A model generated the notes under the pieces. It worked only from the letters and a program-made list of their open reading frames with translations, made no database searches and was not told the DNA's origin. Position numbers and translations under genes: made by a program. Positions 1 to 9,254 of a stretch of 64,000 nucleotides of DNA are shown piece by piece. The stretch's first letter is position 1, and each line of letters begins with the position of its first letter. Source of the stretch: a virus (Duplodnaviria > Caudoviricetes); IMG/VR virus record IMGVR_UViG_3300027963_003275, positions 1 through 64,000 of that record, one strand, 5' to 3'.

Positions 1-2
1 TA

Positions 3-872
3 AACAAAATTCTTAAAACAAATGATGTTGATTATGTTATTGCTTCAGATACTGATTCTATTTACCTTAATATGGGTCCTTTTGTCGAGACTGTATACAA
101 AGGAAGAGAAAAAACTACTAAAGAAATTGTTGGGTTCCTTGATAAGGTCTGTGAGGTGGAATTTGAAAAATATATTGAGAGTTCTTACCAAGAACTGGCA
201 GACTATGTAAATGCATACGACCAGAAGATGCAGATGAAACGGGAGAATATTGCCGACCGTGGAATCTGGACTGCCAAAAAACGATACATTCTGAATGTTT
301 GGGATAGTGAGGGTGTTAGGTATGATGAACCTAAATTAAAAATTATGGGATTGGAAGCAGTCAAATCTTCTACTCCTGCTCCTTGTCGTCAAAAGATTAA
401 GGATGCTCTTAAAATTGTAATGACTAAAACAGAAGACGAAATGATTTCTTTTATAGATAATTTTCGTAAAGCATTTAATGAACTTCCCCCAGAAGAAATT
501 TCATTTCCACGTTCAATTAATGACGTAGATAAACATAAATCTTCATCAACTCTTTATTGTAAGGGAACTCCTATTCACGCAAGAGGAGCAATTCTTTATA
601 ATCATCTAATTAAAGAAAAGAAATTGGATAAGAAATATGCAAAGATTCAAAATGGTGAGAAGATTAAATTTTGCTATTTAAAACTTCCAAATCCAATTCG
701 TGAGAATGTTATTTCTTATATTCAAGAATTCCCAAAAGAATTTGGACTAGACAAATATATTGATTATGACTTACAATTCAGTAAAGCATTTTTGGAACCA
801 ATGAAAGTAATTTTGGATGCAATTAACTGGAAAGTAGAAAAAACAGTAAACCTTGAATCATTTTTTGGATAA
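3..872 (+). CDS. gp43: Family B DNA polymerase, C-terminal part (5' truncated by window)
   Basis: Frame open from nt 3: YVIASDTDSIY (motif C), KKRYILNV, GLEAVKSSTP; C-terminal LESFFG clamp-binding tail. Confidence 0.97.
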   Translation, partial: NKILKTNDVDYVIASDTDSIYLNMGPFVETVYKGREKTTKEIVGFLDKVCEVEFEKYIESSYQELADYVNAYDQKMQMKRENIADRGIWTAKKRYILNVWDSEGVRYDEPKLKIMGLEAVKSSTPAPCRQKIKDALKIVMTKTEDEMISFIDNFRKAFNELPPEEISFPRSINDVDKHKSSSTLYCKGTPIHARGAILYNHLIKEKKLDKKYAKIQNGEKIKFCYLKLPNPIRENVISYIQEFPKEFGLDKYIDYDLQFSKAFLEPMKVILDAINWKVEKTVNLESFFG

Positions 873-994
873 TGGAACTTCCAATTACAGAAGAAGAATG
901 TAAATATATTATAGAATCTGTTAAAGGCAATAAACAGTTATATAATAAACTTTGGGCCTATTGGTTCAATTACAAATATCAAAAAGGTAAATAA
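872..994 (+). CDS. Small hypothetical protein (40 aa, MELPITEEEC...)
   Basis: ATG overlaps gp43 stop; fills the gap to uvsX; read manually. Confidence 0.6.
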   Translation: MELPITEEECKYIIESVKGNKQLYNKLWAYWFNYKYQKGK

Positions 995-996
995 CT

Positions 997-1998
997 ATGG
1001 ATTTTCTTAAAGACATTGTAAAAGAGATTGGTGGAGAATACACACAACTTGCAGCAGATATTGACGAGACTGAAACTTATGTGGATACGGGTTCGTACAT
1101 ATTTAATGCTCTTGTGTCTGGGAGTATCTTTGGTGGTGTATCTGGTAACAAAATTACTGCAATCGCAGGTGAAAGTTCTACAGGAAAAACTTTCTTTAGT
1201 TTGGCAGTGGTCAAAAATTTCCTTGATAATAATCCTACTGGATACTGCTTGTATTTTGATACTGAAGCTGCAATCACCAGATCCTTATTGGAAAGCAGAG
1301 GCATCGACACAACTAGAGTCGTGGTGGTCAATGTGGTCACAGTTGAAGAGTTTCGTGGTAAGGCACTGAAAGCAGTTGACCTTTATTTGAAAAAACCGGA
1401 AGCAGAACGTAACCCTTGTATGTTTGTGTTAGACTCTCTGGGAATGCTTTCCACTAGTAAGGAAATTAATGATGCCCTAAACGATAAGGAAGTTAGGGAC
1501 ATGACTAAATCCCAACTGATCAAGGGTGCATTCCGTATGATTACTTTGAAACTTGGTCAAGCAAATATTCCAATGATTGTAACAAATCATACCTACGATG
1601 TTATCGGTGCTTACGTTCCTACTAAAGAGATGGGAGGTGGTAGTGGTCTTAAGTATGCTGCTTCTACCATCATTCATCTCTCAAAGAAAAAGGAGAAAGA
1701 TGGAACAGAAGTCATTGGAAACATTATCAAGGCAAAGACTGCTAAGTCACGTTTAAGTAAAGAAAATCAAGAGGTTGAAATTCGTTTGTTCTATGATGAA
1801 CGTGGTCTTGATAGGTATTATGGTTTGCTTGAACTTGGAGAAATGGGTGGATTGTGGAAGAATGTTGCGGGTAGGTACGAAATGGACGGTAAAAAACTTT
1901 ACGCAAAAGAAATACTGAAAAATCCAGAAAAGTATTTTACTCCAGAAGTAATGCAAGCACTTGATGAAATAGCAAGAAAAGAGTTTAGTTATGGATGA
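997..1998 (+). CDS. uvsX: RecA-like recombinase UvsX
   Basis: Walker A AGESSTGKT, YFDTE, DSLGML, MGGGSG; T4-like synteny. Confidence 0.96.
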   Translation: MDFLKDIVKEIGGEYTQLAADIDETETYVDTGSYIFNALVSGSIFGGVSGNKITAIAGESSTGKTFFSLAVVKNFLDNNPTGYCLYFDTEAAITRSLLESRGIDTTRVVVVNVVTVEEFRGKALKAVDLYLKKPEAERNPCMFVLDSLGMLSTSKEINDALNDKEVRDMTKSQLIKGAFRMITLKLGQANIPMIVTNHTYDVIGAYVPTKEMGGGSGLKYAASTIIHLSKKKEKDGTEVIGNIIKAKTAKSRLSKENQEVEIRLFYDERGLDRYYGLLELGEMGGLWKNVAGRYEMDGKKLYAKEILKNPEKYFTPEVMQALDEIARKEFSYG

Positions 1999-2548
1999 GT
2001 TAAATGATTTTATTCACATTTATGAAAATTCAATAGAACCTAATGTTTGTGAGTTTCTTATTAGTTTATTCGAACAAGTTCCAGACAGGTATGAAGAAAT
2101 TGATAATAATGGAAAACAAAAATTCACTCAATTTAATCTTACAGAAAATTGTAAGTTAAATGAAGAAGTAGAAAACGTTCATAACTATCTAATTCATAAA
2201 ACGTTTGAATATAAGAATAAGTATTATGAATTTGCTGATGCTCGTGTCTTCCCTGAAACTCACGCATTTGAGCAGTTTAGAATTAAAAGATATAATAACG
2301 ATGGTGTAGATAAATTTGATACACACGTTGATGTAGTCAATCACGCAACAGCAAGAAGATTTTTATCTTTCTTTTGGTATTTGAATGATGTTGAAACTGG
2401 TGGAGAAACAAGATTTAAAGATGTTTCAGTTATTCCAAAACAGGGAACACTTGTAATGTTTCCTCCATTCTGGATGTTTCCACATAAAGCAGAACCACCT
2501 GTAAGTAATCCCAAATATTTGCTTCATACTTATCTACATTATAAATGA
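1991..2548 (+). CDS. 2OG-Fe(II) oxygenase (prolyl-4-hydroxylase-like)
   Basis: HxD (THVD), YLNDVETGGET, FPP..H, terminal K..L.TY. Confidence 0.85.
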   Translation: MDELNDFIHIYENSIEPNVCEFLISLFEQVPDRYEEIDNNGKQKFTQFNLTENCKLNEEVENVHNYLIHKTFEYKNKYYEFADARVFPETHAFEQFRIKRYNNDGVDKFDTHVDVVNHATARRFLSFFWYLNDVETGGETRFKDVSVIPKQGTLVMFPPFWMFPHKAEPPVSNPKYLLHTYLHYK

Positions 2549-3096
2549 AAAACATTCGAGTTATAAAAACTGGAATTGATGTGTTTAAAATATTAGAACA
2601 AATAAAACAATATCCAGAGGACTGGGGTTCGCAAAAAAATATCAAAGATAAAAAGATAGAACAACTTGACCCGACAAAATATATTTTTACGGTTGATGTT
2701 CTTCAATTAATAATGGGTGGAATAGAAAAAGAAGGACAATATGTTGGTGATACTGAAATTTGTATTCAAACACCAGCATACGAAAAACACACAGAAGTTC
2801 TAAAATTCTTAAAGACATATTTTAAGAAAATACGTCGTTGTGCTTTTCTTTCTTTGCCTGTTGGTGAGATTGTTGGAACTCATATTGACGAGGGGACTTA
2901 TTATCTTACAAAGGATAGATACCACCTTTCCATTCAGGGAAAATACAAGTATACTGTTGGGGACGAAACTATGATTGTTGAACCAGGAACTTTTTTTTGG
3001 TTTAACAATAAACTTCCCCATAGTGCTGAAAATATTGGTGATGAGGTTAGAATTACTTTTGTATTCGATGCTCCTCACCACAAACGAAATCCATAG
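2545..3096 (+). CDS. Aspartyl/asparaginyl beta-hydroxylase-like cupin oxygenase
   Basis: HIDEG, RYHLSI, WFNNKLPHSAEN, RITFVFD. Confidence 0.75.
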   Translation: MKNIRVIKTGIDVFKILEQIKQYPEDWGSQKNIKDKKIEQLDPTKYIFTVDVLQLIMGGIEKEGQYVGDTEICIQTPAYEKHTEVLKFLKTYFKKIRRCAFLSLPVGEIVGTHIDEGTYYLTKDRYHLSIQGKYKYTVGDETMIVEPGTFFWFNNKLPHSAENIGDEVRITFVFDAPHHKRNP

Positions 3097-3107
3097 TTAG
3101 AGGAGTA

Positions 3108-4484
3108 ATGGAAAAAGTCGAAACTACAATTCTTCGTAATTTACTTTTCAATAATGATTATTGTAGAAAAGTATTACCTTTTATTAAAAATGAATATTTT
3201 GAAAATCTTCACGAGAAAGTAGTTTTTGAAGAGATTTGTAAATTTATTGTTGCTTATGAACAACTAGCAACAAAGGAAGTTCTTTTGATTGAAACAGAAA
3301 AAAGAACTGATATTACAGAAGATACTTACAAAATTATTTGTGATTATATTTCCAATCTTAATGATGACCCAGCAGATAAGCAATGGTTGATAGATACTAC
3401 TGAAAAGTGGTGTAAAGACCGAGCAATTTATCTTGCTCTTATGGAAAGTATTAAAATTGCTGATGGACAAGATGAAAAGAAATCTAGAGATTCTATTCCA
3501 ACAATTTTACAAGAAGCACTTGCTATTGGATTTGATAGCCACATTGGACACGATTACCTAAAAGATTACCAAGAAAGATATGACTCTTATCACAGAAAAG
3601 AAGATAAAATCCCATTTGATTTGGAATATTTTAACAAAATTACCAAAGGGGGTATTCCTAATAAGACCCTCAATATTGCCTTAGCTGGAACTGGAGTTGG
3701 GAAAAGTTTGTTTATGTGTCACGTAGCAGCATCAGTTCTTCTCCAAGGAAGGAATGTTCTCTACATTACGCTTGAAATGGCAGAAGAGAAAATTGCTGAA
3801 CGAATTGACGCAAACCTTTTGAATGTAAATATTAAAGATATCGAAACATTACCAAAAATGATGTTTGATACGAAAGTAAATAATATTGCGAAGAAGACAC
3901 AAGGAACTTTGATTATCAAAGAGTATCCAACTGCTTCCGCACACGCAGGACATTTCAGAGCACTTCTAAATGAACTCTCTCTTAAGAAATCATTTAAACC
4001 TGATATTATTTTTATTGACTACCTTAATATTTGTGGGTCCTCAAGGTATAAGAGTAATTTTTCAGTCAATTCTTACTCTTATGTTAAAGCAATTGCGGAA
4101 GAACTCCGTGGTCTCGCAGTTGAATCAAATGTTCCAATTGTTTCCGCTACCCAGACTACTCGTAGTGGTTTTTCTAGCTCTGATCCTGACCTTACTGATA
4201 CTAGTGAATCCTTTGGTCTTCCTGCTACTGCTGATCTTATGTTTGCCCTTATTAGCACAGAAGAGTTGGAAGGACTAGGACAGATTATGGTAAAACAATT
4301 GAAGAATAGATATAATGACCCAACAATGAATAAAAGATTTGTAGTTGGAATTGATAGAGCAAAAATGCGTCTTTATGATGTAGAACAAAGTGCTCAAAAA
4401 GATATACTTGACTCTGGACAAGAGGAAGAGTATACTTATGAAGAAAACAAAAAAACAGACAAATTCTCTGGATTTAAATTTTAA
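3108..4484 (+). CDS. gp41: Replicative DnaB-like helicase
   Basis: LAGTGVGKS, ITLEMAE, IDYLN, SATQTTR, KNRY. Confidence 0.96.
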   Translation: MEKVETTILRNLLFNNDYCRKVLPFIKNEYFENLHEKVVFEEICKFIVAYEQLATKEVLLIETEKRTDITEDTYKIICDYISNLNDDPADKQWLIDTTEKWCKDRAIYLALMESIKIADGQDEKKSRDSIPTILQEALAIGFDSHIGHDYLKDYQERYDSYHRKEDKIPFDLEYFNKITKGGIPNKTLNIALAGTGVGKSLFMCHVAASVLLQGRNVLYITLEMAEEKIAERIDANLLNVNIKDIETLPKMMFDTKVNNIAKKTQGTLIIKEYPTASAHAGHFRALLNELSLKKSFKPDIIFIDYLNICGSSRYKSNFSVNSYSYVKAIAEELRGLAVESNVPIVSATQTTRSGFSSSDPDLTDTSESFGLPATADLMFALISTEELEGLGQIMVKQLKNRYNDPTMNKRFVVGIDRAKMRLYDVEQSAQKDILDSGQEEEYTYEENKKTDKFSGFKF

Positions 4485-4489
4485 CTAAT

Positions 4490-4900
4490 ATGACTCAACG
4501 AATTGATTTTGGTAAATATCAAAACTTTGTAGATGCTGTTACGAGTGACGCATCTAAAGATTTTCTTGCTCTTTCTGACCGTATGGTAGAACTTGATGAG
4601 AAAGGTGCTAATATTGAACGACTATTGACTGCTGGTGTTGGAATTAATGCCGAAGGTGGTGAGTTTTTAGAAATTGTAAAGAAGATGCTATTTCAAGGAA
4701 AACCTTGGAATGATGAGACCCGCACTCACCTGATTAAAGAACTTGGTGATACAATGTGGTATGTTGCCCAGGCTTGCATTGCCCTTGAAGTTTCTTTTGA
4801 TGAAGTCATTCAAACGAATATTAATAAACTAATGAAACGTTATCCCGAAGGATTTTTTGACGCATACTATAGTGAAAATCGTGAGGTAGGAGACATTTGA
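4490..4900 (+). CDS. mazG: MazG nucleotide pyrophosphohydrolase
   Basis: AEGGEFLEIVKK, KELGD.MWY, NINKLMKRYP. Confidence 0.92.
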   Translation: MTQRIDFGKYQNFVDAVTSDASKDFLALSDRMVELDEKGANIERLLTAGVGINAEGGEFLEIVKKMLFQGKPWNDETRTHLIKELGDTMWYVAQACIALEVSFDEVIQTNINKLMKRYPEGFFDAYYSENREVGDI

Positions 4901-5055
4901 TGACTGAAACATCTTGGCCTTATAATCATAGACATTCTTCAGAACTATGGGATATTTCTGCTGAAATTCTTACAGAACTTTCCAGAAGAGATGAAGTTAA
5001 GTATCGTGTAAAAGCAACCCCAGAATCGGTTAAGAAAAAGATAAAAAATTTGTAA
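4900..5055 (+). CDS. Small hypothetical protein (51 aa, MTETSWPY...)
   Basis: ATG overlaps mazG TGA; read manually. Confidence 0.6.
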   Translation: MTETSWPYNHRHSSELWDISAEILTELSRRDEVKYRVKATPESVKKKIKNL

Positions 5056-5063
5056 AAAATATA

Positions 5064-5099
5064 TCCCCTCTTTCTAAATACAAGAAAGGGGGAATTTTT
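5064..5099 (+). promoter_or_regulatory. Hairpin with late-promoter motif CTAAATA at its loop; 3' arm carries the purine-rich RBS region of the next gene
   Basis: TCCCCTCTTTCT-aaataca-AGAAAGGGGGA, then short T-run and ATG at 5102. Confidence 0.6.
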
Positions 5100-5101
5100 A
5101 T

Positions 5102-5866
5102 ATGGCCAATCCAGCACTAGCAGGAAAACAATATGAGATTACCCTTAGGAATAAATTAAAATCAGTTTTTAAAAATATTCCAAAAAATGCTGGATTTGGA
5201 AGTGGTCCAGACCTAACTATACCTTCTGCTACTAATCCAGGGCAGGCACTTTTGGTTGAAGCAAAAACAACCACACAGTCTGACTTTGGACAGAAGGCAA
5301 TAACTTTTAATGGAACTTCTTGGGTGGCAAAATTTGATGGAACAGAACCACAATCAATAGTTAGTTTGTATAATTATCTCTATTCGCAATATGATGTAGA
5401 TAGAAAAATACAACAAGCTTGGGGATTACCAGGAAATAAGTTGTCTGCGACTGAGTTACAACAAATTGTGAATAATGAAAATCTTGCTAAAGTTTTATAT
5501 TATGAAAAACTTTTAACTGAAAAAACTGGAAGTTCAAATCCATTTCCACAAACAACGATAGCATCTGGACCAGACATCGTTTCTAAAATTATATTTTATT
5601 ATAATAGTAAGGGTATTAATTATATACAGATAAAAAATGAAGGATTTTATATTCTTGGTAGTGATAAAATGGGTTTGAATTCAAAACTTCCAATTGATAT
5701 TCCAAGATTTGCTCCATCTTCTGCTAGTTTGGTAATTAGGGGAAAGTCGAGTGTTAGTAATGGAACATTTAGACCAACATTAACATTAAAAAGTGATGGT
5801 GTTGCGAGAAGTAATTTTTCATTAGATGATGCTAATGATTTAAGATTACTTTATAGCAGTTTCTAG
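5102..5866 (+). CDS. PD-(D/E)XK nuclease-like protein
   Basis: N-terminal G.QYE, GPDL, VEAK catalytic pattern. Confidence 0.6.
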   Translation: MANPALAGKQYEITLRNKLKSVFKNIPKNAGFGSGPDLTIPSATNPGQALLVEAKTTTQSDFGQKAITFNGTSWVAKFDGTEPQSIVSLYNYLYSQYDVDRKIQQAWGLPGNKLSATELQQIVNNENLAKVLYYEKLLTEKTGSSNPFPQTTIASGPDIVSKIIFYYNSKGINYIQIKNEGFYILGSDKMGLNSKLPIDIPRFAPSSASLVIRGKSSVSNGTFRPTLTLKSDGVARSNFSLDDANDLRLLYSSF

Positions 5867-5894
5867 TGAATAAATAACTAAAAATACCATATAA

Positions 5895-6956
5895 ATGAAA
5901 AGTTTTGCTAGATTTATTAAAGAAGCAGTAGAAACACTTGCGTCTACTGAGGCAAAGAATCGCGGACTTAAAGGAGATGGTCACGGTGATTGGTATGATA
6001 ATCAAGGAAATCTTGTAGCAAAAACTGTAGGTGGAAAGTTAAAGTATTTCGGTCAAGGTGGTGCTGATGCTCAACAGCAACAAGGAGAAAAGAAACAAGC
6101 AGGAGCACAACAGCAACAAAAGGCAGCACCACAACAACAAGCAGCACAGCAACAGCAACCAGAAGCAGAGCAGGTTAATGGTGTTGCGATTGTGATTGGA
6201 AGATTTAATCCTCCATCTAAAAATCACGGAGCATTATTAAAGGCAGGATATTCACAAGCAACTCGAAGAAAATTTGAGTTTAGAGTTTATCCAAGTCGTA
6301 TTGAAGATGGAGCAACAAATCCACTCAATCCAGGATTAAAGATTTCTTATCTACAATCTATGTTCCCAGAGTATGCGGAATATATTGTAGATAGTGATAA
6401 AACAAAAACTATTTTTGATGTTTTGGGTTCTGTATATAATGATGGTTATACTGATGTTGTTATTGTAACGGGACAAGACAGACTTGGAGAATTCCAAAGT
6501 TTAGTTCACAAAGGAGACGGACAACAATATCAGTTTAATAATATTGAAGTAGTACCATCTGGTGTAAAAGACCCCGATAGTGATGTTGAAAGTCCTGGTT
6601 CTTCTGCGATGATGAGAACGGCAGCAGCAATGGGAGATTATGAAAGATTTGCTACTGGTCTTCCAGCAAATATGGATACAGTCGAGAAACATGAAATGTT
6701 TAATACTGTTTCTCGTTCGATGAAAGTAAGTGAAGATACTGAGATTTGGAAGATTGCTCCAGAATTGGATTATGAAGGAATGAGATGGAATTATAAGAAG
6801 AATGGATTATTTGATGTTGGTGCTTTGGTAGAAAATTTAAATAGTGGATTGGTTGGAAGAATTCTTCGTAGAGGAGCAAATCATTTAATTTGTGTAACGA
6901 AAGAAGGTGTGATGTTTAAGAGTTGGTTGAAAGACGTTCGTGAACTTTACGAATAA
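5895..6956 (+). CDS. Cytidylyltransferase-like (HIGH-fold) nucleotidyltransferase with capsid-targeting-like N-terminus
   Basis: IGRFNPPSKNH, GQDR, SSAMMR; starts MKSFARFIKEA; Gln-rich linker. Confidence 0.8.
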   Translation: MKSFARFIKEAVETLASTEAKNRGLKGDGHGDWYDNQGNLVAKTVGGKLKYFGQGGADAQQQQGEKKQAGAQQQQKAAPQQQAAQQQQPEAEQVNGVAIVIGRFNPPSKNHGALLKAGYSQATRRKFEFRVYPSRIEDGATNPLNPGLKISYLQSMFPEYAEYIVDSDKTKTIFDVLGSVYNDGYTDVVIVTGQDRLGEFQSLVHKGDGQQYQFNNIEVVPSGVKDPDSDVESPGSSAMMRTAAAMGDYERFATGLPANMDTVEKHEMFNTVSRSMKVSEDTEIWKIAPELDYEGMRWNYKKNGLFDVGALVENLNSGLVGRILRRGANHLICVTKEGVMFKSWLKDVRELYE

Positions 6957-6992
6957 GATAAATACAAGTAAGAAAAGAAGTATCTAAGCAAA

Positions 6993-8948
6993 ATGAGACC
7001 TTGGAACGAAATTATTGCTGAGGCAAGAGATAGAAACAAAGATTATACTTTGGATGAATTTTGTGATGTTTATGAAAGATATTATGAACCAACTGAAAAA
7101 TTACCAGGAAGTGGTAAAACTCCAAATCAAAAAAATAGAAATAAAGCCAATCAATTTAGACAATCTAATAAAACATATATTGCTCCAGGATATGATGATG
7201 ATGGAGAAGAAACAGGTCCAGAAAGGGCAGGTAGATTAGTAAGGACTTACGCCATACACAAAAAGAATCGTGAGGTTTCAGCAAAAGAACAGAAAAAAAG
7301 AAAGAGTAGATTAACTCCAGACGAGTTAAAATTAAGAGAAAGAGATGTAAAAGTAAGAGAAAGACGACAAGATACAAGAGAAAAAGAAAATGAAAGAAAA
7401 GATGCACATTCCAAGTGGGTTATAGGACAAGCTGCGAAAAATGCTGAGGAAAAGAAAAAGCAGGAATTAGAGAATATTAAAAATAAACCAAGAAAAGCTG
7501 CGAGTGCTGCTCTTTCTAGTATTAGTAAACCACAATCAATATCATATAAAGATAGTGATGCGACTGCTTATACAAAGGCAATTGGAAATGTGGGGTCTCT
7601 TTTTGGTGGAGTTGCGAAAGCAGGAATTCATTATGGTATAGCAAGACACAAGGCAAAGAAAGAAGCATCAGAAATCGAAGGAAAACGTTCTTCTCCTATA
7701 CCATTCAAGGCACCTAAACCACCCAAACCACCAACGATCAAAGAAAAATATTTTGATTGGAGAGAAGAACTACTTTCAGAAAACAACTCTATAGAAAATC
7801 TACATGAGTTCCTACCAGCACTTCTTGCTGCATTGGAAGCGGGTGGTGCTGCTGAGGCCGCATCTGTTGCCTCTGGGGCAGGAAGAGCAGCAGCTGCTGG
7901 GGAAACTGGTCTTGGGTCTAAAGTATCTAATGTAATTAAAAAAACAGTTAAGAATAAATTGGGTGATGGGGACAATAGTTCAAACTCTCAAAGTTCTTCA
8001 AGTAGTAGTGAAGAACCAATTAGTTCTAATGATTCATCAGCAACTGCTTATACTAAGGCATTATCTAATGTGGGTAAAATTTTTTCAAGGGAAGAATTTG
8101 TTGCTGAAGTTGAAGATAAAGAAGCAAAAAGGAAAAAAATTATTGATGTAATGCGTGGTAAAAATAAAGTTGAACTCAATCCAAATATGAAAGAGGAAAA
8201 GGACCAAGAAGGTGGAATGGCTCATAATGAACTTGCTACGATGGAAAGAGCAGTCAAAACTCTTCGTAAAAAAATAAAATCTCCAAATCAACAACTTCCT
8301 GCTTGGGTTCAATCTAAAATCTCAAAAGCAGCAGATCATATTGATACTGTTGCTGATTATATGTCTGGTGAAACTGAACCTGTTTCGGAAGGATATGATG
8401 ATGAATATGAAACTTTCCGTCAGCATTCTCGTGAACCTTTTTCATCTCTTTCTCCAAGTGAAAGAAGAAATAGAACTGCTGGTGTTTTGAAACTAATGAA
8501 ACAAGTGAATGCCGATGTTGAAAAACCAAAGAAAAAGAAAAAGAAAAAGAACAAAGATGTAACAGAAGAATGTGGATGTGAGGATGATAAGAAAAAAGTT
8601 CTTGCGATGATGATTATTAAAAAAGCAATAGACGCAAAAAAGAAAAAGAACTTTCAATTGAATTCGGGAATTATTGGAGAGGAAAGTGCTGCTTGGCAAC
8701 GTAAGGAGGGGAAGAACCCCGAGGGTGGTTTAAACAAAAAGGGGATTGCGTCTTATCGTAGAGAAAATCCAGGTTCAAAACTCTCTCTTGCTGTGACTAC
8801 TCCACCATCAAAACTTAAAAAAGGTAGTAAAGCAGCAAAACGCAGAAAGTCTTTCTGTGCTCGTATGGGTGGGATGCCTGGTCCTATGAAAGATGAAAAG
8901 GGAAGACCAACAAGAAAAGCACTTTCGTTAAGAAAATGGAATTGTTGA
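6993..8948 (+). CDS. Large modular basic protein, probable head-internal protein
   Basis: Starts MRPWNEIIAEA; many hydrophobic-x-E sites; C-terminal KEGKNPEGGLNKKG...RKSFCARM...RKWNC module common in T4-like phages. Confidence 0.65.
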   Translation: MRPWNEIIAEARDRNKDYTLDEFCDVYERYYEPTEKLPGSGKTPNQKNRNKANQFRQSNKTYIAPGYDDDGEETGPERAGRLVRTYAIHKKNREVSAKEQKKRKSRLTPDELKLRERDVKVRERRQDTREKENERKDAHSKWVIGQAAKNAEEKKKQELENIKNKPRKAASAALSSISKPQSISYKDSDATAYTKAIGNVGSLFGGVAKAGIHYGIARHKAKKEASEIEGKRSSPIPFKAPKPPKPPTIKEKYFDWREELLSENNSIENLHEFLPALLAALEAGGAAEAASVASGAGRAAAAGETGLGSKVSNVIKKTVKNKLGDGDNSSNSQSSSSSSEEPISSNDSSATAYTKALSNVGKIFSREEFVAEVEDKEAKRKKIIDVMRGKNKVELNPNMKEEKDQEGGMAHNELATMERAVKTLRKKIKSPNQQLPAWVQSKISKAADHIDTVADYMSGETEPVSEGYDDEYETFRQHSREPFSSLSPSERRNRTAGVLKLMKQVNADVEKPKKKKKKKNKDVTEECGCEDDKKKVLAMMIIKKAIDAKKKKNFQLNSGIIGEESAAWQRKEGKNPEGGLNKKGIASYRRENPGSKLSLAVTTPPSKLKKGSKAAKRRKSFCARMGGMPGPMKDEKGRPTRKALSLRKWNC

Positions 8949-8981
8949 TAAATAATACAGGAACATTTACACGAGGTCATT

Positions 8982-9167
8982 ATGTCAATCGCAGCAATCA
9001 TCGCTTGGGCAACTGCTAATCAAGCACTTATCGCAACTGTTCTTTTTGCAGTTTCTGAAGCACTTGGAGCAAATCCAAAGGTCAAGGCAAATGGTATTCT
9101 TTCACTTATTCTTATTCAAGCACAAAATGCTTTAAAAGCAAAAGGTGCAAAGGACATTACTCCTTGA
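8982..9167 (+). CDS. Small membrane protein
   Basis: Two hydrophobic segments; GAGG RBS; upstream ATAAATA. Confidence 0.7.
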   Translation: MSIAAIIAWATANQALIATVLFAVSEALGANPKVKANGILSLILIQAQNALKAKGAKDITP

Positions 9168-9190
9168 GCATATAGATAGATTATAATTTT

Positions 9191-9216
9191 GGGGAGTTTG
9201 TTGCTCCCCTATTTTT
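9191..9216 (+). terminator. Rho-independent terminator
   Basis: GGGGAGT-ttgtt-GCTCCCC followed by T-run. Confidence 0.75.
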
Positions 9217-9223
9217 ATAAATA
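9216..9223 (+). promoter_or_regulatory. T4-type late promoter TATAAATA
   Basis: Exact T4 gp55 consensus ~30 nt upstream of ATG 9255. Confidence 0.75.
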
Positions 9224-9254
9224 ATTTTAGGAAAAAAAACTAGAGAGAAAACAC

